This document shows positions 1 through 13,500 of a DNA stretch of 64,000 nucleotides, piece after piece. Under the pieces are notes generated by a model that saw only the letters and a program-made list of their open reading frames with translations, was not told the DNA's origin and did no database searches. The stretch is from Gordius albopunctatus (Eukaryota), in the NCBI GenBank assembly GCA_964276515.1, contig OZ193909.1, positions 12,772,001 through 12,836,000 of the forward strand, written 5' to 3'. Position 1 is the stretch's first letter; every line of letters starts with the position of its first letter. A program made the translations under genes and the position numbers.

Positions 1-1127
1 TAACATGCGTGATGTCTATAGCAGCGAGACATTTTACGTTTTTTACCAGGTATTAGGACATACTTTTTAGGTTTTATTAATTTTTATATTGTCGATGGGT
101 GATTACCGACGAAATATTTCGGCAATTTCCTCGTTTTACTTCTAAATTTTGCTTTAAACAACCTGGTGACTGGTTTTACAAATAATTTTTTGAAAAACAT
201 AGTCCTTGCTTCCAGAAAAAAACACTGAGGCAAGACAAAAACCCGAAACTTACTGTTTTTAAAAGTGATTTTTTATTTTTGCTATCAACCTCAAAAAGTT
301 AATTGAAAAAGTGGTAAAGGTATTTATAAAGCTTGTAACACGTGCTTTATTATTTGTTAAAATAAAGAACTTTTTTGTTTGGTTCAATAATTTCCTATGC
401 ATTAAATACTCTCCTCCAACTCCCTTCCTTAATATTGAATAATTTTTCTCGTTGGGCGACAATTTTTAAATGAAACCTTGACTACAATTTCTACTTAAAT
501 GAATAAAATTGCCTTGCCATATCCAAGGCTTTATAACCTCTATTATTTAGCGCTTGTAATGAGTGCTTAGATTTGATAATTGGAAACGATTAAATTTTTG
601 GAAAGGTTATATCTTTTTAATATGCCATAAACAATTATAAATATATTTTAAAAATAACGTGGATCAATGCATACAAAGGTTGATCATATATATTTAAAAA
701 AAAATCCAAAGAAATCTTTGTATTTTGAAGTGAATGATGAGTATTATGCAAATTAGCAACCAATAGTGTGTTAAGTATTTATATAACCTCAGATATGACA
801 AACACTCAGGATAAACTTATGATTGTAAAACAGCTTGTAAAAACTTGGCCAAAACCTAGACTTAACGTATAATTTAGAATAAATTTAAAAACACAGATGA
901 GTGATTTAAAGAAAATGGTACATATTTAAATCCAATATTTGATTAATTTTAGGTTAGATTTTTTTATTGTCATTTGAGTAGTTAAAATAGCAAAATAGAG
1001 TGAAATTTAATGAATAAAATATGCAATGTGTATATATCTAAAATATAACATTATTTGGAAAGACTGTGCTAACAATTTTATCATACTCATTTAAAATAAA
1101 GACTAATTAAATTTAAATATTGTTCAG

Positions 1128-1306
1128 GAACATGGAAAGATGTTATATGGCCTGATGAATGGACTGCAGCAACTATGGATGGTAAAAGAAGTGCTCAGTT
1201 TGAGCATACATTACTAGTCACTGAAAATGGGTGCGACGTATTGACAGCCCGAAATGATCCTGTACATAAATCTCAGCCACATTTTATAGATAAATATAAT
1301 TCATAA
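1128..1306 (+). CDS. METAP1: Methionine aminopeptidase 1, last coding exon (upstream exons not identified in window)
   Basis: After a ttcag acceptor it reads [41 protein letters not shown]...*, containing the MetAP1 C-terminal SAQFEHT motif. Confidence 0.92.
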
Positions 1307-1447
1307 AGTCTACAAAAAATTTGTGTTGCAAATGTTTGCAGTGAACAAATTAATTTATCCTTAGACTGCTGTTTTTTGTTAAAAATTTATTAGCACAATA
1401 AATCTGCTAAATAAAATTTAAAAATTTGGCAACAATATTATAACAGA

Positions 1448-2063
1448 TTAGGCACATAAAAATTGTAACATCTCATTTGTGACTAGATAATTTTTAAGAC
1501 TTTGTTGAACATAGTTGATGTCATCATTAATTTTTGCAATTAATTCTTCCAGACTATTGAAATTCATTTCTTTACGAATATATCCAATTAAAATAACTTT
1601 TAAAGTGGATCCATAGAATTCTTTATCAAAATTGTGAATAATATGAGTTTCCTAAGGAAATAAATCAGATATTTTTAAATAATAAAAAACTATTATAATA
1701 ACTACATATTTTATGGTTAAATCATAAATATCATATAATCCATAATTTTAAAATCTTCCTTACAAAGGATCTTTCACAATTTTTATAAAAGGGACAAAAT
1801 CCAATGTTGGTAGCCATATGATATATAATTTTGGAGTTATCAATTGAAGCTAATCCGTAATAAACACCATTTTCAAGAGTAGAAGGTAGATTTTTCACAA
1901 CATCTTCACTAAAATTAGCTATATTCTATGAAAAATCTAATATAATAATAATACCTGTTGGAAATCCTAAATCTTTGCTGCCTCTAGCAAACCCTTTTAC
2001 AACGGTACCCTTTAGAAAAAACGGTAAAGGAAAATTTTTTATAGTTGGCGGTATATCATCCAT
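1448..2063 (-). CDS. RFK: Riboflavin kinase; 3 exons (2063-1955, 1918-1764, 1651-1448)
   Basis: Spliced translation gives GTVVKGFARGSKDLGFPTANF...GVYYG...NIGFCPFY...ETHIIH.F..EFYG...GYIR.EMNF.SLEELI, with the PTAN motif. GT-AG introns are phase-consistent. Confidence 0.93.
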
Positions 2064-2426
2064 AATAAAAAATTTTTAATAAATTAAACAGCTCTTGCAT
2101 TGCATTATATCTACGCATAATTGTACAAATTTTTCAATTTGGTACATAGCATCAATGTTCCCAAACTTCAAACTATCCTTGTTTTACTGCAATTTGTCGC
2201 CAATATTTTAGGGTTAATTTGAAGTAAATAATGTTAAAATTTATGCCAGTGTTTGAGCTTAATTTAGGATTGACGGCATAATATGATCACCTTTTAAGAT
2301 TATTAAAATACTTAAAAGCCTGAGTCTTACCCATAGACTAATAAAACCATAGACTGCCGAACAGCTGATCTTTGCATTGAAATTTATTTAGCAACTCAAG
2401 CCGCCATTACTTTATAACCCACCAAT

Positions 2427-2697
2427 ATGCGCACTTGTGAAATAAAAAATTGTACAAGTGTTTATAAGAATAAAAATGGAAACACATCCTTCCATGGGCA
2501 ATTATTTTTTTAATTGTTATGTATTTTTTTTTATAGATTTCCTAAAAAATTCTTAAATTTAAAAAATAATTATGGGTCCGGATTTTCACCTGAAGAAAAC
2601 ATCCACTATATGTGGCAAACATTTTGCCAAAAAAAGATTTTTATCCATATAGAAGGCGCTTTTTAAGGGAAGATTCTGTACCAACATTAAATTTGGA
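2427..2697 (+). pseudogene. Degenerate THAP (C2CH) zinc-finger fragment, possibly a P-element transposase relic
   Basis: MRTCEIKNC..SFH|FP...STICGKHF..DF...LREDSVPT can be pieced together across frameshifts and stops. Confidence 0.6.
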
Positions 2698-4139
2698 TCA
2701 AGTAATCAAAATATTTTATGGTTATTTTAATGAATCATCTTTTTATGCTTTGTTTTTAATAAGCATAGCCCAATCTGCCAAGGCATGTTGTGATTTGTAA
2801 AGCCAGCCAATTAAAAAACCTCTATATCAATTATGAATATATGCATGAATTGTATTGTAATTTATTTTTAAACTTATGAAATAAACTTCTAAAAAGTTCT
2901 TAGACTTTTTTTAGAAATATATTATAGATCTGGAATGGAGATCATTAAATCATTTACAAATCTTTATTACATGAAATTTTGCTTTATAATTTTTTAAATA
3001 ATTTTAACTAACAATTTAAAACTTACATTTTTTTAATCGATAGAAGTTTATTTCCAAATAATTATGTATGTTATATTTTAGGCAAAAATAAAATAAAACT
3101 TAATTTTTAAGGGTCAATTTTTTTTAGATAACAATTGATTAATATTTTACGCTCGTAAAATTTATATCTAGTTAAATTTCATATATAGAAAACCTATAAT
3201 GTTAAATCTAATACTAATGTTTTATAGCGAGTAGAAAATATAGTATAGATGGCGCTATTATTACTTTTTACGATATTATATTTTTTCCTTATAGATATAG
3301 AAGTTCTAAACAAGTTTAAATGTTTTCTATGTAGTTAGTTTATTTTTATTTTTTTTGTTTGGGCTTTTTTAAGCTTATATTAACTAGATATAAACTTTTA
3401 AAATAAATACTAAAATCCAGCGAAATAAATAGCGCTTAGTTTGTTTATGAGACGAAATACAAAACTAAAACTCTAAAACTATAAAACCCCCCATCGCAAT
3501 TTTTTTCTTAAAAATTAAAGAATGAAAATACATTAAAATTATTATTTTTAGTTGAATTCGCATTAATTTGAATAAATAGTAAAATTTCGAATATATAATA
3601 TGATCAAAATTAAGTCAAAAAATTAAATATAAATCTTAATTATTATTGATCTTTTTTACTTTGATATTTTAAATTTATTTGAACGTGCCTTTTGAGGGGT
3701 CAAAAAGGTTAGAATTTTTTATAAGGGGGGTGGGGACTAAAAAGGCCTTAAATTCTGACCCCCTTAGGAAGCATTGCCCGACCATTTTAACTTTAATTGT
3801 TATTCTTGAAAGGTTATAAAAATTTACAAATATTTTTATAATATTAATGGCTATGATCGTATAACAGCTGTTTTTAAAAGTCATTTTGGACTAGGCCAAA
3901 TGAAAAAATCGAGACCAGATTAATTAATTGACAGATGTAATTTTCGCACAACACATTAGCATGTAACCCATTTAGAATAGCAGAGAAATACCAGGTAATT
4001 TCGTCACAGCTGGTTTAGAAATAAGAACGACTTTTCGGTCACGCGGTTTAAGTAATTATCAAGATTAGTCAGGACTTTTTTTTGATTTAGTGATATTTAA
4101 TTTATGTTTATGCCTCTAAGCAATTTTTTTTCAATTTTA

Positions 4140-4380
4140 TGTAACGCTCCACGTCTACGAAGGGGACTATTTGTAGTGTTGCATACATAACATTTAATTG
4201 ATTGCTCGAGGCATATTACTTAACTCTACTTCGAAACTTCACCACTAAATGTAATTGATTTATTCAATTAATTCGCGATTATATAAAGGAGTTTAAAACA
4301 CTTACGAACTCTTTTCTTTTCCCTTTTTTTATTAGTATTAAATAAAGTAAATATTTATTTAAAAATTCTCTTATCGCTAC
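4140..4380 (+). mobile_element. Diverged solo-LTR-like sequence related to the Gypsy LTR family
   Basis: Starts TGT and shares caccactaaa, ttgatttattcaattaattc and tataaaggagtttaaaac with the LTRs at 47874 and 52248. No TSD found. Confidence 0.55.
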
Positions 4381-4837
4381 TTATCCCATTATCACCTTAA
4401 TTTAATAAAGTGTATATATAACATCTTACTTCTTAAAAGGTAAATTGTGTGTGGAATTTTCCTCCATTTTTAAAACATAAACTGGTGTATTTTAACCATG
4501 TAATTTTGGGCTATAACAGTCAATTATCTTTCCTCACTCGTTTATAAATTTGAATGAACGTCAATAAATTAATATTATACAAAATATAGATGATGCTATA
4601 TTGTTTAAAAAAAGTTTCATCACAATTTTTACATTTTTAATTCTTATGTATTGTGTAAATGATATTCATTTTAATATGCTGTTTTTGATATATACTCAAT
4701 TCAATATTTTTTTATTTACCTTTTTAAGATAATTTAATTTGCTAAAATTACTAATTTCTATATGATCATCACTTTACCATGTTAACATAAAAATTTTTGT
4801 GCGTTGATGAGCACTCTATCTAGTCTATGATTACAAC

Positions 4838-5040
4838 TAGAGTTGTTAAATTGCTAACTTTCTTCAATTCCAGCTATCATCTGCTCGAGTTTCTGCTCGG
4901 CCCTTGAGCATTTTTATATGCTACTCCTCTGCCTTTAGCACCGAACAGCGAGCTCATATTGTGCTAACGCCTATATTAAGCAACTCAATGTGCGTGCTCG
5001 CGTCTGGAGTTTGAAGAAAGTTAGCAATTTAACAACTCTA
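4838..5040. mobile_element. hAT-type MITE
   Basis: ~30-bp TIR tagagttgttaaattgctaactttcttcaa; 8-bp TSD attacaac at 4830-4837 and 5041-5048. Confidence 0.9.
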
Positions 5041-5132
5041 ATTACAACTATCAATTAACGTTTTTTGGTTATACATTTTTTGGTACTTTTTAGCGTTCTG
5101 CTACTTTGACGAAGATTCCTAAATTTAAAAGT

Positions 5133-5632
5133 ATGATCGAACGAGCGCTTCCAATTGATGATAATAGTATTTCTGATGAGATAAATAAAACGACAAAACA
5201 ATTAGGCGATCAAATTGTCCATTTAAAAGAGCTTATAATACCGTTATTAACTTCTTTTAATCAAGACAAAAATAAAGTTTTTAATTTAGACATGTTTAAT
5301 TTATATTTTAGTGGGATCCAATTAAAAGGGCAAATTGCAATATATCTACTTTGTATCTGATAAATTCATTGATGTTTAGTAATTAGTTATATTTTTAATT
5401 AATTTTTGTTTTAATTCTAGTGCATATGAATTTGAATGGATCAGATATACCATCCTCTGGAATTAAAGAAGAGTTAGATAGAATAAAAAATTGTCTAAAA
5501 GATCTAAGAGATACTGAAATAAAATTGAATTTAAGGGAAAAACCAAAAAGAACACAGCTTGATGCACAAGCGGCCAAAAGATTTATTACAAATGCCATAT
5601 GGCAAGCCAAAGCCAGTGAAAATAACAAATAA
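5133..5632 (+). CDS. C1D: Nuclear nucleic acid-binding protein C1D/Rrp47; exons 5133-5276, 5312-5378, 5421-5632
   Basis: WDPIKRANCNISTLYLINSLMFMHMNLNG...IKEELDRIK...LDAQAAKRFITNAIW matches the Sas10/C1D pattern. Introns are 35 and 42 nt. Confidence 0.85.
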
Positions 5633-6124
5633 ATATTTTAAGACTCATTTATCATACTATAAAAAGTTTATCTATACTGATTGTTTATAATATTGGTTTT
5701 ATATACATTGAATTATATTGACTACTATATTTAATAATTTTATAAAATCAATTTTAATATTATTAATTAGAATCATAAAATTTAAAATTGAATTTTACTC
5801 CTGGGACAACGATAATTTTTACAAAGAATTAGTGTAATACTTTGTTAATATCCACAATTTTGTTTAAAATTTAGGAATGTAATTAAACTGTATAGGTCTA
5901 GCACTTATTCTTTGCGTAAACAGAAATAATATGTATGAAGTTTTGTTTGGCATCCTTTTACGAGTTGGTTTACACAGAAGGGAGGGGATGTTAAATATTG
6001 ATTAGCAACAAATTGCTATATCATAACTAGAGCCCTGCACGGCAGCCCAAAGCTTTGCCCAATCATGTTTCAAGCCAAGGTTGGGCAGAATTTTTAAAAT
6101 GCTCGATTCGAGCCTAACAAGGCG

Positions 6125-7921
6125 GCCCCATCCACTATATAGTGAAGGCCGCAGCCCTGAAACTGACATAAAATATCACCAACCATTACCTTAGAAATTA
6201 AAGATGGTCCACTGACCCCAGGCAAAATAAAGTCCGCAGTAAAATCTCTCAGGCTGCATAAAGCCCCTGACGGAGAGGGGATTACAGCCGAGGCCCTTAA
6301 GGCTGATTTTAACCTTTCATCCAAGCTCCTACTCTCTCTCTTCTCCAAAGTCTGGACCCAGGAGTCCATCCCCCATTCATGGTCCACTGGCTTGCTTAGC
6401 AAAATTTACAAAAAAGGAGATCCTTCTATCCCTGGCAACTATAGAGGGATCACTATAATAAATAACATTTCTAAAATCTTCATAAAAATCATATACAGAC
6501 GGATCTACCCTTATATCGACAATAACCTAAAGACCAACCAGGCGGGTTTTCGTAAATCCAAAACAACTACTGAACACATTCTAACCCTCAAGAACCTAAT
6601 CGACATTTCTTCCAAAGCAATAAAGCTTTTGACTCACTCTTCACCTCTACATATGGGAATCCTTATGCCTCATTGGTATCCCCAAAAAAATCATTAGACT
6701 TATCTTCTATCTCTATAAAGACATGAAGGTGGTCGTCAAACATCTGCACCACCGGTCCAACCCTATCTTAGTCAATCCTGGAGTTAGGCAGGGGTGCCCA
6801 CTCTCATCTCTCATATTCATCACTGCCATGGACCTCATAATAAAGAGATCGACACTTCCATTTGACGGTATCATCTTGGGCGAACAAAAAATATCTTCCC
6901 TCTTATTCGCAGACGATCTATGCATAGTCTCCGACTCGATCCCTAGAACTCAGAACTTTATTGACAGATTCACCATGGAGACCCAGAAAGCGGGTCTAGT
7001 GATAAACCCCAACAAATCCAATATCCTACTAATAAATTTACCATTGCAATCAAAACCAGTTCTCATTGATAATACTCAAGTCCCCATCTCAGATTCAGTT
7101 AATTATCTTGGAGTCACTTTCTCCTACGATTAGGAAAAGCCCTGAAAAAATTCTACTCGTGCTACTCTATATGGAAGTCGCATGAACTGGCCCTACCAAC
7201 CCGCCTCCGCGTGTTCAAAACCACTATCTTACCCATTCTACTCTACGGTTGTGAAACATGGTCTCTCAAAGGCCCGACTCTTAGAACGGCCCAAACAAAA
7301 CTCACCAAAATACTAAAGATAGTATGTAATATTTTCTTCCCGGAAGTAATTAGCAACGTCAACTTCTGGACCCTTTGTAAAATCCCTCCCATTAAAAACG
7401 TAATAATTTCTCGGAAATGGAACTTCCTGGCACATAAGTCTAGACGCAGTGGTATTAACATATGTCTAAGTTCTATTTTTTGGAGACCCCCGCAATTACG
7501 AACCCTCAAATGCAGAGGAAGCTGGATTTATCAAACCTTTCAGCAACTCGGGTCCCTCAATCACGATTGGAATTCACTCCTCCCTATAGTGCAGGACGGA
7601 GTGGAAAACCTTCTCTTCGTCCCACTTTCCCAAGTGGTACCCTCCCGTGACAAGATAAATACTAATTTCCGTCCTACCTAGCGCCACATCCCGATCACTC
7701 TGTCAAGAGAATATCGTATTCATTCTAATATATATATATTTTGACTACTAACATACTATTCCATTTATATATATACATACACTAACCTACTAACAATTGA
7801 ACACGTAACCTTTTGTTATCGTGGCTCGAGATGCACCGCATAGGTGTCAGATGAGACTCAATCTTAGCTTGCCGATTTAGCTAAGCTCTTGAATGTCATC
7901 GGGGCAAATACATACATACAT
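6125..7921 (+). mobile_element. 5'-truncated, frameshifted non-LTR retrotransposon (RT domain) with (TACA)n tail
   Basis: NYRGIT, QAGFR, GVRQGCPLS, LLFADD, YLG and LLYGCETW motifs lie across broken ORFs; ends in aaatacatacataca. Confidence 0.85.
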
Positions 7922-8956
7922 TACCTTAGAAAGACTTCACGCTTATTCCTTGGTCTCGAGGACTTAAGCTTATTTGAGACTTCGCCATGGTTGATATCTT
8001 CGCCCATCCTACTCTTGTCTTGACTTTATTGTCAATGCTGAGAAATGGAAGACTTTAAAAGATTCCTCCTTCTTGGACTAAGTTTTCATACCCGTCGTGG
8101 CTATCACGATCGGAAACCTAGTATCGTATTCGTAAAGGGAATACGATTTAAAATAATTTGAAGTATAAACAGGAATCTAATGGGAGAATTGCGGAAAGGA
8201 TAAGAGAATATATTGGGACGGAGGGAAACCTTTTTCCCGGTAAGGACAGTATTATTTTTACTAAACCTTACATGTCAGTTTCATTCAATTTATTAATTAT
8301 AAAATCAAGGCGACAAAATTATAATAATGAATCGAATCGCGTTATCAAGTTCAATGATGCGTATTGATAGAAATAACACACACGTATAAGCGCGTAGGGG
8401 GGGGGGGGAAATAACACGCGTAAATAAAATCAAATGTAAAGGAAAAGTACCGCCTTTGAAGTGGTAGGGTTCAGTACTATGTGTATAATCAGTACACCGA
8501 TGTTACAGTCAACGAACTTTGTGTTAGGGGATATGGGGGGATGAGTATCTACGGATACGACACCTAGGCATCGAAGTTTTTTGAAAAAACGATCATCAAT
8601 GTTTCCATGATTAGAAAATCCTTTTTCATCAGAAAAAAAATTAAACGATTTCTGTACGAAATGTGGTTTAATTATATTAGTGGTCAATATATAATGTTTT
8701 GTGTACATAAATAAGAGCATATTAAAATTATTATAAACCATTATTTATTTAAAATTGTTAATTTAGTGTTAAACTCAAAATACATATTTATTCCGAATTA
8801 AGTTTTAGAGGTGTTCATCAAAACTACCGAACAAATGATGTTGAACACGAACTTGTTTTAATAGAGGGGTTTAAGTTTTCAGACTTTATTAAAATAATCT
8901 TCGAAACTATAAAAAGGCTAATGGATTTATTTTTATTAAAACGCTATAGGCAGAAC

Positions 8957-9384
8957 GTTTCTGCTCAAAAAAAGCTGATGAGAAAAAAAGTTAATAAAAA
9001 ATCTAGACCCTAAAATGTACTTGATGTCTTATGAGGAGTATGTCGCATAGCAAATTTAAAAATAAAATTTAAATATTGAATATATAAAAATGGTTTAGAT
9101 ATTCAAAAACAGGATTTTTAAAAATAAGATCGAATAATTAGATTTATTAATAAGATATCTAAAAATAGTATAGATATTCAAAAATGGTGGGAAAACTTCT
9201 GTTAGAAGGTTATATGTAAATTGCGAAAGAATCTTAAATCCATGGATTAATCTAAATTGCGGGAGAATACGTTTAAATTCTCAATTAGATATTCTGCACT
9301 ATACGCAGAAATTGCCAAATATTCCTAAATTTACATTAGATTTTATTAGCTTTTTTTCTGATCAGCTTTTTTTGAATAAAAATC
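8957..9384. mobile_element. Mutator/foldback-like MITE
   Basis: ~40-bp imperfect inverted arms (8965-9005 and 9337-9375), G...C termini, and a 9-bp direct repeat aggcagaac on both flanks. Confidence 0.7.
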
Positions 9385-9474
9385 AGGCAGAACTACCGCA
9401 CGGGTGACGTTATATTGAATTAAAGTTTTTATTTTTTAATATCGTCTGCTTTTGAAACATCGTTTAATAATTTA

Positions 9475-10592
9475 ATGGCTATTAAAACACCCATGGTAAC
9501 CATAATTATAAACCATTTTTTGCCTGATGAGTTCTGTGAGGAATTTAGAAATTTTCAATTTAAAGTCAAAGGTAATATAAATAATATCAAATTTAACTAT
9601 TATTAGTTTCTTCTTGCACCGTGAACAATTCATGCTTGATTCCAATGGCGAAAACAAACTTCATAATATTCAATTTAAAAGACATATGGATTCAAAGCAA
9701 CAACACAAAGAAAATAACATGGGGAATTAATTTCACAACGTCGTAATATATTTATAATATAATTACATTATACACTGTAGGGTTGGCAATATGATAAGAA
9801 TTCACAAAAATCCCTTATTAATCCTGATAAATGATATTTTTGAGACTGAACACATGCACGTTATAAAATGTATACAATCCAGGTTTACAATTGTTATAAA
9901 AGCTTATATAAATGTGGTTTATTCAACAGGTACATTGAGACAGATTTGGGCATTTATATGGCTCATTCGAACAAGCAGGCGATTGATTTGATAATATCAC
10001 ATTTGAAGGTTAGTTTTAAATAATGCAATAAAATACAAATATTTAAAAATTTAGTCTATCCTAAACGACGAGAAAACAACATTAGTAAACCAAGCTAAAG
10101 AATATATTTACAGCCAATTCAATGATGAAAATAAAATTAATATCCTAAAAACGTTGGGATTAAATCATCAAGGTTATTATCATTTCACTAATTTATTTTT
10201 TGTAATTTCTTCATCTATTGTTGGATTCATAGAATTTAAAGCCTGTAAAGGAGTGCAAAGACTCGACTTATATTAAATTTTAAAATATTTTCTTTTTTTT
10301 ATACATGATAGAGCTTTAGCATAAAGCATGTCAACACTTTTGTTAGGCGCATAAGCTTAATAAGCAAAGAACTATATAGCCAAAAAGCTTTAATGTTAAA
10401 ATACAACTAATGTCGCTTATTTATAAACACTTATTTTCATTCTTTTTAGAAAGTTTAATCCTATTAGACGGCTTAGGAAGTATAAAAAATGTAGCGATGG
10501 CAACGGTTGAAGAACTCAAAAACTGTAACGTAGACCAGGAAAAAGCACATTTTATTTACAATTTTTTCAACAAACTTCCATCATTGAATTAA
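9475..10592 (+). CDS. SPO16: SPO16/SCRE (C1orf146) meiotic crossover protein homolog; exons 9475-9571, 9607-9742, 9781-9882, 9930-10008, 10055-10172, 10450-10592
   Basis: Six phase-consistent exons. MIRIHKNPLLILI...IQSRYIETDLGIYMAHSNKQAIDLI resembles the SCRE core; the C-terminus is HhH-like (LLDGLGSIKNVAMATVEEL). Confidence 0.7.
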
Positions 10593-13500
10593 ACATTCGC
10601 TAATAACGACATGGCAATATTTTCCTTATCTTTTAAATCAGCGTCAAACAGGTTTTCAGAATCTTGGCCGGATTTTCTTCGTTTGTTTTTTCTAGAATAT
10701 TACATTTTAAGAATAAAAATTATTTATTACTTTTTGCCGTGCGAGGGGGTTGTTAGCATGGTTATATTGTCTTCCTCTCCTTCGTTGTATATTTTATCGG
10801 GATCTGGCAAAGAATCCACTATATTTGCTAATTTTGGATCTTCCTGCAATATTTCTTCGTAATCCACATCGCCCAAACCATCGTCATCATCATTGGCAGT
10901 TTGTTTGGCGCGACGATCTTTAATTTTTTTGGCTTCCCTTTCCTTAAGCCGCTTTTCCTATACACAAAAGACTTGTTTATAATTAAATATATACGAAACA
11001 TTGGCCATAGAGGAAAAAATGAATGCAAAACTTAAGCATATTACCGCCCTGCATAGTAAGATAGCACTCTTCAATATTAGAACATCCTCACAATCAATCT
11101 TTCAAAACTATATATTCAAATTATAAAAAAAAGTATTGATGCTTTTATTTACAGACTATATAGACGGTCTAATTGGTTTCAAGAGTCATTTAACTTCCGA
11201 TAAAAAGCTAGTCTCAAAAATGCTTTTGCAAACATTATAACTTAAATCTTTGGTAAAAAAAACTGCAAAATAAATTAGGTTTTGACAAATCACAGCCTAT
11301 ACTTATAAACATGCGATATATATATTCGATAAGTCGAAAAACTATTTTGATATCTATTATCTTATTTTAAGCAAAATCATCCTTTTAGTGTTAATCCTCC
11401 TAAAATGCACACCGTAGTATAACCTTTAAAAAATCGACTCACTTTGTGCTTAGCCTTTATTTTAGCTCTAAACATCTGCTTATCTATGACATCCTGTTCC
11501 CTCAACCATTCCTTCGCTTTTTCAATATCTAGTCCACCACGTTCCCCATCTTTCTCCTGCATATTATCTTCTCCCGATGGCAGAACCGTTTTATTCACTA
11601 CACCTTCGACGTTAAGCACCTCGTCATTTTCGTCAAACACGATCCTCTGGTTTAGTTTTATATTTTTGTGCTGGGCCAATTTAACCATCTTCTTGGCTTG
11701 TCCGTACTTCGTGGCCGCACCCTTTCTCTTACAAACACCTGAGCCCTGCGAAATAATAAAGGGTTAAAGAAATCTTTACTAAGCTCGGTCAATTAAGCCA
11801 GGCAATAATTAGATTCTACAATTTAAAAAAAAAATTAATTAGTCTATAAAAGAAAAGAGTAAAAGATTTTATTGCAGTAAGTCGTGCATGATGTATTGAA
11901 GCTAATTTTAATATGCTTGGAGGGAAAAATAAGTTATTCTGATAATCTTCAATGCAACAAAAAGTTTAGTAGTCATACCCACAAGGAATTAATTAAACCA
12001 TATTAAAACTTTTTTTTTCGAAAGCCTTCAATTGAATTTCATGAAATTTATTTTTATTCACTAGTAACTTGTGCTTAGCTACAACTAGTTCATTTCCTAC
12101 CTCTAATAAATCTAGCCTCTCTTGCTCCTCTTTAAGCTTCAGTTGTTGTTGTTCAGATACGTTGGTATCCACTAATTTATGCTTTTTGATCACAAATAGT
12201 TCATTATCCTCCTCTGGACGAGACTTTTGTTGGGGGAGGATAGGGAACGAATTAGAGGACGTCTCGACGATAAGGGTTTTAGAGTTTCCGATCTCGCTAT
12301 TATTTTTTTCCCCATATTTTTGGCCGCGCTTAAGCGAGGAGGCCAAGCCATTGACGGAGGTGGCGGGCTTGGGTTTTTCCGCTCTTTTCAAAAACCTTAT
12401 ACGAGGAGGTATGGCCAAACCTAGAGAACTGAAATATGGATGATTTATGATTGTCACGTAAATGTATTTTATATAATTCTTACTAAGCGTAGGAATCGGT
12501 ATCGAGTTTGTGAACGTCAAATAGTTGTTTGTCTTTCATTAAATATATGGCGCGAAGGTAGGAGATGAAGCACTGGATGAAATTTAAAATGGATATTAGG
12601 ATATGAAAAATTTACAAAAAGATACACAACGCATTAATAAATATATAGTTTAATGCAACATTTAAATTAATTAATATCAAATATATGGTATAAAATATAA
12701 AAAAGATTTAAATGCAAAGAAAGAATTAAAATTATTATTTAAAACTGAATGAACTTTAGAATGGAGCAATTACACACTTTATAAGACACAACTAGTGAAA
12801 ATGTAACCGAGGTAAAATATTGGGAATAAAAAACCCGATTACGAGTAAAAACCGCGAATCAAATAAGTATTACCTAAAATATAAAATTAGAGACTAATTA
12901 GGCTCAATATATACGCAATCGTTCCCTCATTTCAAGGTGATATATAAATATAAATAAATAGTTGAGCATACTTTTTGAGCCTGCATCTTAAGGGTTTGAT
13001 CTTTGGCACAAGCCGATTCTAATTTATTCGTCACGGGATAAACCTTTTCAGGATTAACATCGATTTTCCTTGTTGATATCTGCTTATCGTTCAGATACTT
13101 CAAAAATATTTTTTCCTCGTTGGGCATAAGAAAAAGTAAAGCTTTCCCATCTTTGTGATACCTAATAGTATTTTATTATGTTAAATCAGTATTTTTTATT
13201 CGAATCAAATTTACACCCAATATAAATCCATAGGCTGCTTATCAAGTCAGCATTAAAAGAGCCCAAACTAAACTTTTTTACTGGGTTAAAACCATTTAAA
13301 GTTTGCTCCTTTATTTTTATATTTAATGGTATCATAAAATAACGCTCCAACTATAAGCATTAAAGCAATTTTAAAATAATAATTAAACCTTTAATCACAA
13401 GTCGGTGTGCTTTAAGTAGGAAATTTCTAATTAACTGTTTAACGCTTTATTTGTTTAAAGAATTAGTATAAGAGTAAAAGGTTTATTCCTAAAACACACA

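Noticed and set aside
2332..4829. Complete P element bounded by CATAGACTA inverted ends
   Set aside because: Only a 9-bp match, and the flanking 8-mers do not form a TSD.
8390..8570. G-run-rich patches (also ~34265 and ~40600-40760) as G-quadruplex regulators
   Set aside because: They share short sequence blocks and look like fragments of one old repeat family; boundaries and function are not supportable.
8974..9535. CTGATGA motifs at ~8975 and ~9525 (also ~63539) as hammerhead cores
   Set aside because: No stem II/GAAA arrangement follows; they lie in a MITE arm or in coding sequence.
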